A stretch of DNA of 64,000 nucleotides from Deltaproteobacteria bacterium (lineage in GTDB: Bacteria; Myxococcota_A; UBA9160; SMWR01), in NCBI GenBank assembly GCA_019310965.1, contig JAFDDG010000004.1, positions 15,264 to 79,263 on the forward strand, written 5' to 3'. Numbering within the stretch: position 1 is the first letter of the stretch; the number at the start of each line of letters is the position of its first letter. Of this stretch, positions 45,311 to 55,278 are shown in pieces. Made by a program: the position numbers and the translations under genes. The notes beneath the pieces were generated by a model that was not told the origin of the DNA, searched no databases, and saw only the letters and a list, made by a program, of their open reading frames with translations.

Positions 45311-46693
45311 GTGCAAACAGCGAAGTCCGTTCCCGTCGTGCTGGCCGTGGCCGCTGCCAGCAGAAACCGGCAGCGGATCCGTGAAGAGCTCGCACCGGAC
45401 CTGACGGTGAACGCAGTCCTCCCTGCGGCGCTGGCCGACCCTGTGCCGCACCTCGACGCCGCAGCCGCCGTCGCGGTGCTGGACGCCACGAGCGACGAGT
45501 CCACGCTCGCCGAGCTGGCGGGCCTGGCCGCATTGCCAGCAGGCCGAGCGCTGGTGCTGGTGCTCGACGGCCCACCTGAGGCCATCGTGTCCAGTGCACT
45601 GGCCAAGCTCCTGCCGGCACAGGTACTGACGGCTCCGGCCGCGGGCCACCTGCTGCGCTGGGCGGTCTCGCAGGCCATGCCCTCCGACGCGCCCGGAACC
45701 GGAGCCCGCGAAGGCCAGCGCCCGGCCACGACACTGCTCGGCGTCTCGAGCGCCATCCGCGGCGTCATGGAACAGATCCGCCAGATCGCACCCACCCACA
45801 TTTCGGCGTTGATCCTCGGCGAAACCGGCACCGGCAAGGAGTTGGTGGCGCGCGCGGTCCACGAACAGAGCGATCGCGCCGGTGGGCCCTTCGTCGCCGT
45901 GAACTGCGGCGCGCTGCCCGACTCCCTGCTCGAGAGCGAGCTCTTCGGACACGCGCGCGGCGCCTTCACGGGCGCCGAGCGCGACAAGCGAGGCCTCTTC
46001 GAACATGCAAGCGGCGGCACGCTATTCCTGGACGAGATCGGGGACACCTCGCAGGCGCTTCAGATGAAGCTCCTGCGCGTTCTCGAGAGCAAGGAGATCC
46101 GCAGGCTCGGCGAGACCCGCGACATCTGCGTCGACGTGCGCGTCGTCTCGGCGACACACCAGGACCTCGAGCGCGGCATCGAGGAGGGGACCTTCCGTCA
46201 GGATCTCTTCTACCGCCTCAACACCGTCACGCTCCACGTGCCACCGCTGCGCCGCCGCCGTGTCGACATCCCGTTTCTGGCCCAACATTTCGCCGAGGAG
46301 TTCGGCGCGGCCCACGCCCGACGCATCACGCTCTCCGAGGACTTCCTCGATCTGGTGGCAAGACGCGAGTTCCCCGGCAACGTGCGAGAACTGCGCAACG
46401 CCGTCGAGCGCGCCATTGCCCTGGCGGGGCCCGGGAGCAACGTGACGAGCGCACACCTGGACCCAGCCAGGCCCGACCATTTGATCGCGCCGGCCGACTG
46501 GAGCGGCACCCTGAAGGATCTCGTGGACCGGGTCGAGAGCGACGCGATCCGCGCCGCGTTGACGCGTTGCGATGACAACCGTTCGCGCGCCGCGGCCAGC
46601 CTCGGACTCACGCGACCGGGACTCCGCTACAAGATGCGTCGCCTGGGGCTCGAGCCCTCGGCGCCCGACTCGCAGCCGGAGCGCCTAACCTGA
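45311..46693 (+). CDS. Sigma-54-dependent transcriptional activator (NtrC family) with a degenerate receiver-like N-domain
   Basis: Walker [15 protein letters not shown] loop (ARGAFTGAE), Walker [11 protein letters not shown]-terminal Fis-type [24 protein letters not shown]. Confidence 0.88.
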   Translation: MQTAKSVPVVLAVAAASRNRQRIREELAPDLTVNAVLPAALADPVPHLDAAAAVAVLDATSDESTLAELAGLAALPAGRALVLVLDGPPEAIVSSALAKLLPAQVLTAPAAGHLLRWAVSQAMPSDAPGTGAREGQRPATTLLGVSSAIRGVMEQIRQIAPTHISALILGETGTGKELVARAVHEQSDRAGGPFVAVNCGALPDSLLESELFGHARGAFTGAERDKRGLFEHASGGTLFLDEIGDTSQALQMKLLRVLESKEIRRLGETRDICVDVRVVSATHQDLERGIEEGTFRQDLFYRLNTVTLHVPPLRRRRVDIPFLAQHFAEEFGAAHARRITLSEDFLDLVARREFPGNVRELRNAVERAIALAGPGSNVTSAHLDPARPDHLIAPADWSGTLKDLVDRVESDAIRAALTRCDDNRSRAAASLGLTRPGLRYKMRRLGLEPSAPDSQPERLT

Positions 46694-46919
46694 AGCGCCC
46701 CGGGGCATCGCGCTGGCGCCTGCACCCGCCCATGCGACCCCAACAGACACGACCCGAGCCGCCTGTCCGGCACTGCTCCTCGCACTGGCGGAGCTGGCCG
46801 CTGCCACGCTCTGGCAAACCCGATCCACCTTGCAAGTGCCGAGGGCTGCCGACCCTAGAGGCCATCTCATGAGCTGCCCCTGGGCGCGGTGGCCGTTCAC
46901 TGGCGTCGACCGCCGCAGC

Positions 46920-48155
46920 TCAGGCGTAGGCCGCATCGAGCAACGCCATCGGGTGCTCCACCCGGAAGTCCAGCCCGCGGCTGCGCGCGCCCGCGCGCAG
47001 CTGCAGCAGGCAGCCGGGATTGCCCGTCGCCACCACATCCGGTGCGGCGGCTTCGAGCGCATCGAGCTTGCGCGCCAGCACCGCGTTCGACATCGCGGGC
47101 TGTGTGAGATTGTAGGTACCGGCAGCACCGCAACACGCGCCCGGCTCCGCGTGGTCGACGAGGGTGACGCCGGGAATCGCGCGCAGGAGCTCGCGCGGCG
47201 CGGCGGCGACCCCCTGGCCATGCACCAGGTGACACGGATCGTCGTAGCACACACGAAGATCCAACCTCGCCCTCGGCGCGCGCAGACCCACCTCCGCCAG
47301 GAACTCGCTGACGTCGCGGATGCTGGCCGCCAGCGACTCAGCCACACCGGGCAACCAATGCGCCGCATCGCGCAGCGCCGCACCACAGCCCGCCGAGTTG
47401 ACGATGACCGCATCGAGCCCGGCAAGGGCAGCGACGTTCTTGCGAGCCAACTCGTGCGCGAACGTCTCGTCACCGGCGTGGGCATGGAGCGCACCACAGC
47501 ACCCCTGGTTCGGCGGCACCTCCACATCGAAACCGTTCGCGGTGAGCACCCGCACGGTGGCGGCGTTCACATCACCGAAGAGGTGGGGCATCACGCAGCC
47601 GACGAAGAAGCCGACGCTGCCGCGGCGCTCGCCCTGCGCCGGAACACGCGCCGGCAGGGGCTGGCACTGCGCCCCCCGCGGAACCTGGGGCAGGAGATCC
47701 AACGCGTGGCGCAGACCCGCTGGCGAAACCCGGCGCGCCAGGCGTTCGAGACCGAGCCGCTGCGCCAGGCCGAGGAGCCCGAGCAGCGCGCGCAGGCGGC
47801 GCGGGTGCGGCACGACACGCCGCAGCAGCAGGCGCTCGAAGCGCGCAACGGCTCCACTGCGACGGCCCGCATCCGCGACATCGGCCCGCACCAGCTCGAG
47901 TAGACGTCCGTACTCGACTCCCGAAGGACAGGCTGTCTCGCACGCGCGACAGCCGAGGCACAGGTGGGCTTCACTCGCGACGTCGGCATCGAGGCCAATC
48001 CGCCCCTCGGCGACGCCGCGGAACAGATAGATGCGACCCCGCGGCGAGGACGGCTCGCGGCCCGTCTCGCGGTAGGTCGGGCAGCTCGAGAGACACAGCC
48101 CGCAGTGGACGCAGTCGAGAGTGCGCTCGAGAATCTCCGCCTGTCGCAGCGTCAC
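46920..48155 (-). CDS. glcF: Glycolate oxidase iron-sulfur subunit
   Basis: CVHCGLCLSSCPTY and CLGCRACETACPSGV, plus two CCG domains. 4-nt overlap with glcE. Confidence 0.8.
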   Translation of the reverse strand: MTLRQAEILERTLDCVHCGLCLSSCPTYRETGREPSSPRGRIYLFRGVAEGRIGLDADVASEAHLCLGCRACETACPSGVEYGRLLELVRADVADAGRRSGAVARFERLLLRRVVPHPRRLRALLGLLGLAQRLGLERLARRVSPAGLRHALDLLPQVPRGAQCQPLPARVPAQGERRGSVGFFVGCVMPHLFGDVNAATVRVLTANGFDVEVPPNQGCCGALHAHAGDETFAHELARKNVAALAGLDAVIVNSAGCGAALRDAAHWLPGVAESLAASIRDVSEFLAEVGLRAPRARLDLRVCYDDPCHLVHGQGVAAAPRELLRAIPGVTLVDHAEPGACCGAAGTYNLTQPAMSNAVLARKLDALEAAAPDVVATGNPGCLLQLRAGARSRGLDFRVEHPMALLDAAYA

Positions 48156-49378
48156 AATCGACCCGCCGAACGACCGGGGTTCAGCACGCCCACCGGGTCG
48201 AAGCGCACCTTCAGGGCGCGCTGCAGCGGCAGCGCAGCCGCCAGCTCGCCGAAGACATCGACCTCTCGCTTGAGCGCTGCTGGCGCACGTTCGAGCCGTG
48301 CGGCGCCGCCCGCGGCGACGGCAATATCGACGGCAAGTGAGAAGGCATTCGCCGTCGTCGCCGCGAAGCTCGCGTAGAGCACCCCCAAACCCGGGTAGAT
48401 GAGAAGTTCTGCACCCGCTTTGCGCAGGGCAGCCGCCGCGGCACCGAGCCGGGTTGCCAACGCGCTGACACGCACCACCAGCTCACCCGCAGCCTGCTGC
48501 GCGCGCAGCTCGTCGAGTGCCGAGGGGTCGACTTCCTCCGCCTCCAGAGCAACGCACAGTGCCGCCCGCTCGTCTTCGACGGCTACGCTGTCACCCGCCA
48601 GCTCCACGACGCTGCGCAGCGGGGCTCCGGGCCGTGCGGCAGGAGCATGCAACGCCACCGCGCGTGCGGTCGCGCGACGCGACGCGGCGAGAGCGGCTCG
48701 CAATGCGGCATCGAGGTCGTCGGGACGAGCTTCGAGCATCACGGTCATTTGCGGGAGCGGGCACAAGCGCAGCCACGCCGCTTCGAGCACGCCGAGCGCG
48801 CCGAAACTTCCCGTGTAGAGCTTGCAGAGGTCGTAGCCCGTCACGTTCTTCACGACCCTGCCGCCGCAGCGTGTCCGAGCGCCAGTGGCCAACGCCACGT
48901 CGAGCCCGAGCACGGCGTCTCGCGGCATGCCGTAACCCTGAGCCCGCGGCCCGAACGCACCGCTCGCAATGGCCCCACCTAGGGTGGAACCGGCGCCGGG
49001 CGGATCGAGAGGCAGCTCCCAGCCCCCGGCCCGCACCTTTTCGCGCAGCACGGACAACGGAGTGCCCGCCCCCGCACGGCACACACCCTCGGCGGGCTCG
49101 AAGCTCTCGACCCCCGCCAATCCGCGCGTGTCGAGCAACAGCGCCGCAGCGCGTGGTACGTTGCCGAGCCCGAGTCGACTCGCACCCCCTCGCACGACGA
49201 CGCCCGTACGTGCGTCCGACAACACCTCGAGGCAACGCCCCAGCGCCGCAGCATCCGGCGGGCGCAACGTCAGAGAAATCGCGCAGTCGTCGACCAACTC
49301 GGGAGTGTGATGTGCGAGTGCATCGGCGCCCGCAACGCGCTCCAGCGCCTGCAACAGCGCGTCGGACGGCGCGGTCAT
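48152..49378 (-). CDS. glcE: Glycolate oxidase FAD-binding subunit
   Basis: FAD-binding PCMH domain (VVVRGGASRLGLGN), positioned between glcD and glcF with 4-nt overlaps. Confidence 0.75.
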   Translation of the reverse strand: MTAPSDALLQALERVAGADALAHHTPELVDDCAISLTLRPPDAAALGRCLEVLSDARTGVVVRGGASRLGLGNVPRAAALLLDTRGLAGVESFEPAEGVCRAGAGTPLSVLREKVRAGGWELPLDPPGAGSTLGGAIASGAFGPRAQGYGMPRDAVLGLDVALATGARTRCGGRVVKNVTGYDLCKLYTGSFGALGVLEAAWLRLCPLPQMTVMLEARPDDLDAALRAALAASRRATARAVALHAPAARPGAPLRSVVELAGDSVAVEDERAALCVALEAEEVDPSALDELRAQQAAGELVVRVSALATRLGAAAAALRKAGAELLIYPGLGVLYASFAATTANAFSLAVDIAVAAGGAARLERAPAALKREVDVFGELAAALPLQRALKVRFDPVGVLNPGRSAGRL

Positions 49379-50847
49379 GCGAACGGCACTTCGTCGTAGC
49401 CCCGCGCCTTCGGATTCGACTCGACGCAGGAGCGCGTGGTGGGAAAGAGCTTGCCGGGGTTGCAGACTCCGTCGGGATCGAAGGCACCGCGCAAGAGCTT
49501 CATGGCCTCGAGGTCGGCTTCGTCGAAGACGAGGTCCATGTACTCCTTCTTCTCCGAGCCAATGCCGTGCTCACCGGTGATCACACCACCGACTGCGACG
49601 CAGGCCCGCAGGATCTCTTCGCCCGCCGCCACCACGCGTGCGAGTTCCTCGGCGTTGCGCCGATCAAAACAGATGTTCGGATGCAGATTGCCGTCACCGG
49701 CGTGGAAGACGTTGCACAGCGTGAGACCGTGTCGGTCTCCGATTTCGCAGACCCTGGCAATGATTTCCGGCAAGCGCGAACGCGGAACCACGGCGTCGTG
49801 CACGTAGAGATCCGGCGCAAGGCGCCCCATCGCGCCGAACGCGCCCTTGCGCGCGCGCCAGAAACGCTGGCGCTCCGCTTCGTCTCGCGCGACATCGACC
49901 CGACTGGCGCCGGCCTGTGCCGCCAATGCCTCGACCCGCTCGATCTGGACGGCCACCGCCCGCGCGGGTCCGTCGAGCTCGATGATCAACACCGCACCGG
50001 CGTCACGGGGCAGACCGGCGGCATAGGCCGATGCCTCGACGGCGGCGATGGTGCGATCGTCGACTACCTCGAGCGCTGCCGGCACCAGACCGCTCTCGAT
50101 GATGAGCCCCACCGCGCGACACGCCGTCACTACGTCGGGGAAGATTCCGAGAAGCGTCTCGACGCAATCCGGAATGGGGACGAGACGCAACGTCGCCCGG
50201 GTCACCACACCGAGGGTGCCCTCACTGCCGACCACCGCGCCGACGAGATCGAAGCCGTGCACAACGCCGGTGGGCGAGCCCAAGGTCACGACTTCCCCGT
50301 CGGGCAGCACCAGCTCGAGGGCCAGGACGTGATTGGAGGTGGTACCGTGCTTGAGCGTGTGCGGCCCGCCGGAGTTCTCCGCAATATTGCCGCCGAGGGT
50401 GCAGACCAGCTGGCTCGACGGGTCCGGCGCGTAGAAGAGCCCGAGCGAAGCCACCGCCTGCGATAGCGCTAGATTGACGAGCCCCGGCTCCACCACCGCG
50501 AAGCGGTTCTCGGCGTCGACTTCGAGGATGCGCTGCATGCGCGAGCACTCGATCACGACCGCACCGTCGCAGGCGGTGGCTCCACCCGACAGCCCCGTGC
50601 CGGCACCGCGAGGAACGAAGGGCACTCCCCCCGCGCGGCACGCCTTCACCACGGCCACCACCTCGTCGCGACAGCCCGGCAGCACCACGGCGCTGGGCCT
50701 GCTCGCGTGGAGCGTCTGCCCGTCGCACTCGTAGGCGAGAAGCTCCGCATCGCTCACCAGGCAATTCGCAGCTCCGACGATGGATCGCAGCTCGTCGATC
50801 GGCACTCGCTCAGTGTACCGGGCCGGCCTGCAACCCCAACGGGTCAC
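49375..50847 (-). CDS. glcD: Glycolate oxidase subunit GlcD (FAD-linked oxidase)
   Basis: FVPRGAGTGLSGGA and the C-terminal GEHGIG motif (GVITGEHGIGSEKKEYM). GTG 50805 is an alternative start. Confidence 0.82.
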   Translation of the reverse strand: MTRWGCRPARYTERVPIDELRSIVGAANCLVSDAELLAYECDGQTLHASRPSAVVLPGCRDEVVAVVKACRAGGVPFVPRGAGTGLSGGATACDGAVVIECSRMQRILEVDAENRFAVVEPGLVNLALSQAVASLGLFYAPDPSSQLVCTLGGNIAENSGGPHTLKHGTTSNHVLALELVLPDGEVVTLGSPTGVVHGFDLVGAVVGSEGTLGVVTRATLRLVPIPDCVETLLGIFPDVVTACRAVGLIIESGLVPAALEVVDDRTIAAVEASAYAAGLPRDAGAVLIIELDGPARAVAVQIERVEALAAQAGASRVDVARDEAERQRFWRARKGAFGAMGRLAPDLYVHDAVVPRSRLPEIIARVCEIGDRHGLTLCNVFHAGDGNLHPNICFDRRNAEELARVVAAGEEILRACVAVGGVITGEHGIGSEKKEYMDLVFDEADLEAMKLLRGAFDPDGVCNPGKLFPTTRSCVESNPKARGYDEVPFA

Positions 50848-51079
50848 GCCAGCGTACCGATCAGGTCACACCTCGTCGGGACAGTGTTCCCGCCACCGCG
50901 CCTGGAGGGTCCCGTTCGCGTCCGCGGTGAGCTCTCAGCCGCCGAACGCCGTCGCTGTGAACTCGGGTCGGACGCAAGGCGACCCGTCGCGAAGAGGCCG
51001 ATTCTGGCGCGGCCGCGCCGCTGCATCCGAGCCGGCGTTGCAGCCGCCGCGAAACCGCGGACCGAGCGGGGAAGAAATT

Positions 51080-52117
51080 CTAGGCGAGACCCAGGCGCTC
51101 GAGGTCTTCTTCAGAGAGACCGAGATGGTGGCCGATCTCGTGGCGCACGGTGACCTGGATCTGCTCGAGCAGATCTTCCCGATCCCGACAGATCTTCTCC
51201 AGATTGCGCTTGAAGAGGGTCACCCGCGTCAGGTCTTCGGCCTGCGCCGAGATCTCCGCCTCGGTACGCGGCGTGCCGATATAGATGCCCAGGATCTGCG
51301 GCGACACGTTCTCGCAAGCCAGCAGCTCCTCCGACGGCCAGTCCTCGATCAGAATCGGCACATCTTCCACGTACTCGCGAATCGAGCGCGGCAGGTTCGC
51401 GAAGGCCTCGGCAGCTGCATCGCGGAAGCTGGCCTCGTCGATATCGACCGGCAACGGATAGCGGTCCGGGTCGAGGGCGTTCGCCTTCACGAAGGCGTGG
51501 GCGGCGTCTTCCGGCACACCCAACCGCTCGAGCACGAGCGCCAGGTGGTAGATCGCATGACCGGCTTCGGGGTCCAGCACGACGGCAGTGTCGAGACAGC
51601 GCCGGGCTTCTTCGAAACGCCCCAGCTCGAAGAGGATCTGCCCTTCGAAAGAGCGATAGATGGCCACTTCACCCGATGTCTTGAGGGCGCGCCGCGCAAG
51701 GAAGAGCGCACCTTCGAGATCATCGAGATAGAAGACGGCCTTGGCCTTCAAGTAGTGGACTTCGCCCTCGGTGCCGCGATCCAGGCGCGGCAGCTCGGTG
51801 CGGCCGGCAAGCAATTCGTCGCACAGCGCCACCGCCTGCCCGAACTCCGACAGGTCTTCCACCAACAGCTCGGCACGATTCAGATGGGCCGTGATGAACT
51901 TCGGATCGGCGCGCAGCGCGCGTTCGAACTCGTGCACGGCCTCGTCGACCTTGCCCTCGTCCCACAAGATCTCGCCGCGGCCGTTGTGCGCCTCGGCGCC
52001 GTCCGGATGCGCACGCAGCGCCTCATCCAGCCAGGCGAGCGCTTCGTCCGTGCGCCCACCGTGCGACGCTTCCATCGCCTGGTCGAGACAATCCCAATAT
52101 CGATCGTTGTTCTTCAT
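51080..52117 (-). CDS. TPR-repeat domain fused to a minimal zincin metallopeptidase-like domain (DUF1025/Zincin_1-like)
   Basis: From ATG 52117. N-terminal TPR units (AEAHNGRGEILWDEGKVDEAVHEFERALRADP...). C-terminal HExxH in VRHEIGHHLGLSEEDLERLG. Confidence 0.7.
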   Translation of the reverse strand: MKNNDRYWDCLDQAMEASHGGRTDEALAWLDEALRAHPDGAEAHNGRGEILWDEGKVDEAVHEFERALRADPKFITAHLNRAELLVEDLSEFGQAVALCDELLAGRTELPRLDRGTEGEVHYLKAKAVFYLDDLEGALFLARRALKTSGEVAIYRSFEGQILFELGRFEEARRCLDTAVVLDPEAGHAIYHLALVLERLGVPEDAAHAFVKANALDPDRYPLPVDIDEASFRDAAAEAFANLPRSIREYVEDVPILIEDWPSEELLACENVSPQILGIYIGTPRTEAEISAQAEDLTRVTLFKRNLEKICRDREDLLEQIQVTVRHEIGHHLGLSEEDLERLGLA

Positions 52118-52321
52118 GCCCTTCCGCACAGTCGGCACGGGCCAGTGCAAGCACCGGCCCGGGAGAAGGAGAATAGCATGAGGCCGACTGTCGATGGCGC
52201 CGAGGGCCCCGTCGGAGTTTGCCGCCAACTCCCCGCCCGAAAAGGGCTTTTCCAAATTTTTCGGAATGCGATCGGGATCGTCGCTCAGCCGCAGCTCCGG
52301 TCTCAAGCCCTTGTTTTAGCG

Positions 52322-53038
52322 TCAGTTCCCGGAGCTCTCGGGGATCAGGATGCGCCGGCAGTTCGGGCAAACGTGCACCTGCTCCGTGTTCATCAGCTCG
52401 ATGTACAGCTGGGGCGGGATGTTCATGCGGCAGCCCTGGCAGATCTCCTTGACGACACGAGCCAGTGCCGTCGTGCAGCGCTTCGCGATGCGCTCGTACT
52501 GGATTGCCAGCTCCGGTGGCACCCGATCTTGAACCGTCTGGCGCTCACTGCGAAACGTCTCGGCGCGCGTCGCGAGCTCCTTCTCCCGTACGTCGAACGC
52601 CTGCTCTTCAGCGCCGAGATGCTCGAGCAACGCCGCCACCTCAATCTCCACGGCGGCAGTTGCGCTGCTGGCGGACTCGATCGTCTCCATGGCTTCCAGG
52701 ATCTGTGTCTCGGCCGCCGAGATCGCCTCCTTGGCCTCTTCCATTTCGCGCAGCAGCGCGGTATAGGCGTCGTTGCTCTTCACCTGATGCTGCTGATTCT
52801 CGAGCTTGGCGAGCAGGGCCTCCTGGTCCTGCAGCGCGGTCTCGGCCGTGCGCTGGCGGCCCTCCGCACCCGCCACGGCGGTCTTGGCCTCCGCGGTCCG
52901 TTCCGCAGCGCTCTCACGTCTGGCTGCACAGGCGCCGCGCGCTTCCGGCAGCTTCGCGAGCTCGCTCTCGGCTGTGCCGAGAGCGACGTCGATCTCCTGC
53001 AATTCGATCAGCTGAGCAAGACCCTCGAGCACGGCCAC
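52322..53038 (-). CDS. Coiled-coil protein with a C-terminal C4 zinc ribbon (COG1579-like)
   Basis: N-terminal LIELQEIDVAL, a long coiled coil, then CQGCRMNIPPQ...VHVCPNCRRIL. Confidence 0.75.
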   Translation of the reverse strand: MAVLEGLAQLIELQEIDVALGTAESELAKLPEARGACAARRESAAERTAEAKTAVAGAEGRQRTAETALQDQEALLAKLENQQHQVKSNDAYTALLREMEEAKEAISAAETQILEAMETIESASSATAAVEIEVAALLEHLGAEEQAFDVREKELATRAETFRSERQTVQDRVPPELAIQYERIAKRCTTALARVVKEICQGCRMNIPPQLYIELMNTEQVHVCPNCRRILIPESSGN

Positions 53039-53066
53039 CCTCCGTCGGGGCGCACAGTCTAGCCCG

Positions 53067-54590
53067 ATGGAAGCGCCCGTGTCTCTGGCGACCCGGGCCG
53101 GCTCGCTACCCTGCCCTCACTTGAGCGCCTCGCAACCTTCGCAGACGCCCCTATCGGCGGTCGCCCGGGACCTGGCGACCTACGGCGTGATGTCCGCGCT
53201 CTCCCAGGCGAGCGGGCTGCTGCTGCTCCCGATCCTCACCCGGGCGCTGTCGGTGGACGCCTACGGCAGCGTCGACATGGTGGCCGCGTTCGTCGCCTTT
53301 CTCACCATGTTGTTCCGGGCGGCGCTGCCCAGCGCCGTGGCCCGGGACTACCACAGCAGCGAGAACAGCGAGGGACCGGCGCGCCTCGTCTCGACGCTGC
53401 TGGCCTTCGTCGCCGGGGTGGGCGCCCTCGCCGCCGCCGGGCTCTCCGCATTCGCCGAACCCCTGGCGCGCTGGATCTTCGACGACCCAGGCTCGGCAGC
53501 CTACTTGAAGCTCGGCTGCGGTATCGCCTGGTTCTCGGCGCTGGTCTCGATTCCATACATGGCCTTGCGCATGCAGCGGCGCATCGTCGCCTACAACGCG
53601 CTGCGCATGCTGCAGACACTGGCCTACGTGGGGCTCACCGTGGCGCTGGTCATCGGTCGCGAGCGGGGCGTGCGCGGCGTATTCGAGGCCCAGCTCCTGA
53701 CCCACGCGGGCGTGCTGGCCTGCGCACTCTTTCTCATCCGAGCACAGCTCACGCCACGGCTTTCGCTCGCGCGTCTGCGCGCCGGCCTCGGCTTCAGCCT
53801 TCCGATGCTTCCGGGCCGCATCGCAGTCGTGATCAACGAGCAGGCCGATCGCGTGTTGCTGCTCGCCTTCGTGGGACTCGGCGGTGTCGGCCAGCTCGGC
53901 GTGGCCGCGCGCGTCGCGAGCGCCGTGCAGTTCGCGCTCGTGGTGTTCCGGCAGGCGTGGCAACCCCACGCGATGTTGCTGATCGACGCTCCACGGCGCA
54001 ACGACACCTACCGCCGCATGCTGAACTACTACGCGGGCACATTCTCGATCCTGGGTCTGTGGCTCAGCGCCATCGGTCCGGAGATCTTCCGCTTCGTCGT
54101 ACCGCCGGAGTACGCGGAGGGGTACCAGGCGCTGCCGTGGCTCATCGGCGCGGCGATCCTGCACCAGTCCGTCGTGATCACCACACTCGGCCCGATCGTG
54201 AAGCGCCAAACGAGCAGCCTCAGCAGCGCCGCGTTGATCGGCATGCTGCTGAACGTGGCCCTGGCGCTGGCCCTGATCCCACGGCTCGGCCTCGGCGGCG
54301 CCGCGATGGGCCTGTTCGCCTCGACGCTGGTCTACACGGGCCTGCTGTGGCGCCGCTCGGTGTACGACGCCGGCATTCCGTTCGACGGCGCCACGGCGAT
54401 CGCCGCCGTCGCCACCTACGTGCTGGCCAGCCTCGCTCTGCTCACGGTCTGGCGGGAGTTCGACGGAGTGGCCTCTTGCGTCGCGCGCGCAGGCATCGCG
54501 CTGGCCGCCACGGTGTTCCTGGTGCCGCACACCCTGGACGCCCAGGCCTGGAACCTGCTGCGCAAACTGGCCCGGCGCGCGGTGAGCTGA
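53067..54590 (+). CDS. Polysaccharide/oligosaccharide flippase (MOP/Wzx family)
   Basis: 507 aa with multiple TM helices. N-terminal LSQASGLLLLPILTRALSVDAYG is typical of Wzx-like proteins. Confidence 0.75.
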   Translation: MEAPVSLATRAGSLPCPHLSASQPSQTPLSAVARDLATYGVMSALSQASGLLLLPILTRALSVDAYGSVDMVAAFVAFLTMLFRAALPSAVARDYHSSENSEGPARLVSTLLAFVAGVGALAAAGLSAFAEPLARWIFDDPGSAAYLKLGCGIAWFSALVSIPYMALRMQRRIVAYNALRMLQTLAYVGLTVALVIGRERGVRGVFEAQLLTHAGVLACALFLIRAQLTPRLSLARLRAGLGFSLPMLPGRIAVVINEQADRVLLLAFVGLGGVGQLGVAARVASAVQFALVVFRQAWQPHAMLLIDAPRRNDTYRRMLNYYAGTFSILGLWLSAIGPEIFRFVVPPEYAEGYQALPWLIGAAILHQSVVITTLGPIVKRQTSSLSSAALIGMLLNVALALALIPRLGLGGAAMGLFASTLVYTGLLWRRSVYDAGIPFDGATAIAAVATYVLASLALLTVWREFDGVASCVARAGIALAATVFLVPHTLDAQAWNLLRKLARRAVS

Positions 54591-54611
54591 CCCGGCCGCT
54601 CCCAGCCCGCG

Positions 54612-55259
54612 TCAGGCCCCCGGATCGAACTCCGCCACGAAGGCTGCCACCGGTCGCTCGAACCAGGCCATGCGCGAGTGAATCATTTCCGGCGACCACT
54701 CCCACCAACGGATTCGAAGCAGCGCGGCGACCTCCTCGGATGCAAAGCGGAGACGAATCGGCACAGCCGGGTTTCCCGCCACGATCGCGTACGGATCGAC
54801 GTCGCGCGTTACCACGCTGCGCGCACCAATGACGGCGCCGTCGCCGATCGTGCAGCCCGACAGGACGAGAGCCTCGCGTCCGATCCAGACGTCGTTGCCC
54901 ACCGCAATCGGGCCGCGCGACACTCCTTCCGGCGGACCGCGGTAGAAGATGCGCTGGAAGGGATACGTCGAGACGTGATCAAGTCGGTGATTCCCCCCGG
55001 CCAGGAAGGTCACCTGAGCTCCGAGCGAGCAGTAGCGCCCGATTTCGACGGACTCGTCGGCCTGGTGGCGCAAGAAGCGCGGGCGGTTCACTCCCGGTGA
55101 TCCGTAGCTGAAGTCCCCGACGCGAACCCAGTGGGGGGCATCCATCCCACCGTGGCGATCGATGCGCGGATAGTGGATGGCCGCGCTGTGACGCTCGACC
55201 CGGGCGTTCCACAGACGATGGCGCAAAGCACGGGCGGCGCGGATCAAGAGATTGGCCAA
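54612..55259 (-). CDS. Hexapeptide-repeat O-acetyltransferase (CatB/Vat xenobiotic acetyltransferase-like)
   Basis: LbH repeats IGNDVWIGREALVLSGCTIGDGAVIGARSVV, then NPAVPIRLRF...IRWWEW. TTG start 3 nt after GGAGGA (short spacer; inferred). Confidence 0.75.
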   Translation of the reverse strand: MANLLIRAARALRHRLWNARVERHSAAIHYPRIDRHGGMDAPHWVRVGDFSYGSPGVNRPRFLRHQADESVEIGRYCSLGAQVTFLAGGNHRLDHVSTYPFQRIFYRGPPEGVSRGPIAVGNDVWIGREALVLSGCTIGDGAVIGARSVVTRDVDPYAIVAGNPAVPIRLRFASEEVAALLRIRWWEWSPEMIHSRMAWFERPVAAFVAEFDPGA

Positions 55260-55278
55260 ACTTCCTCCAGCGCGGCGT

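Noticed and set aside
46812-46834. TGGCAA...TTGCA pair downstream of the sigma-54 activator gene.
   Set aside because: GG-to-GC spacing is 19 nt instead of the canonical 12 (GG-N10-GC). It lies in a convergent gap with no gene to drive.
50848-51079. Small hairpins in the spacer upstream of glcD: CGGGTCG..CGACCCG near 50964-50986 and the GGCGCGGCCGCGCC palindrome near 51007-51020.
   Set aside because: They are short stems of a kind expected by chance in roughly 70% G+C DNA. They could act as weak terminators for the upstream gene, but the support is not enough to list them as features.
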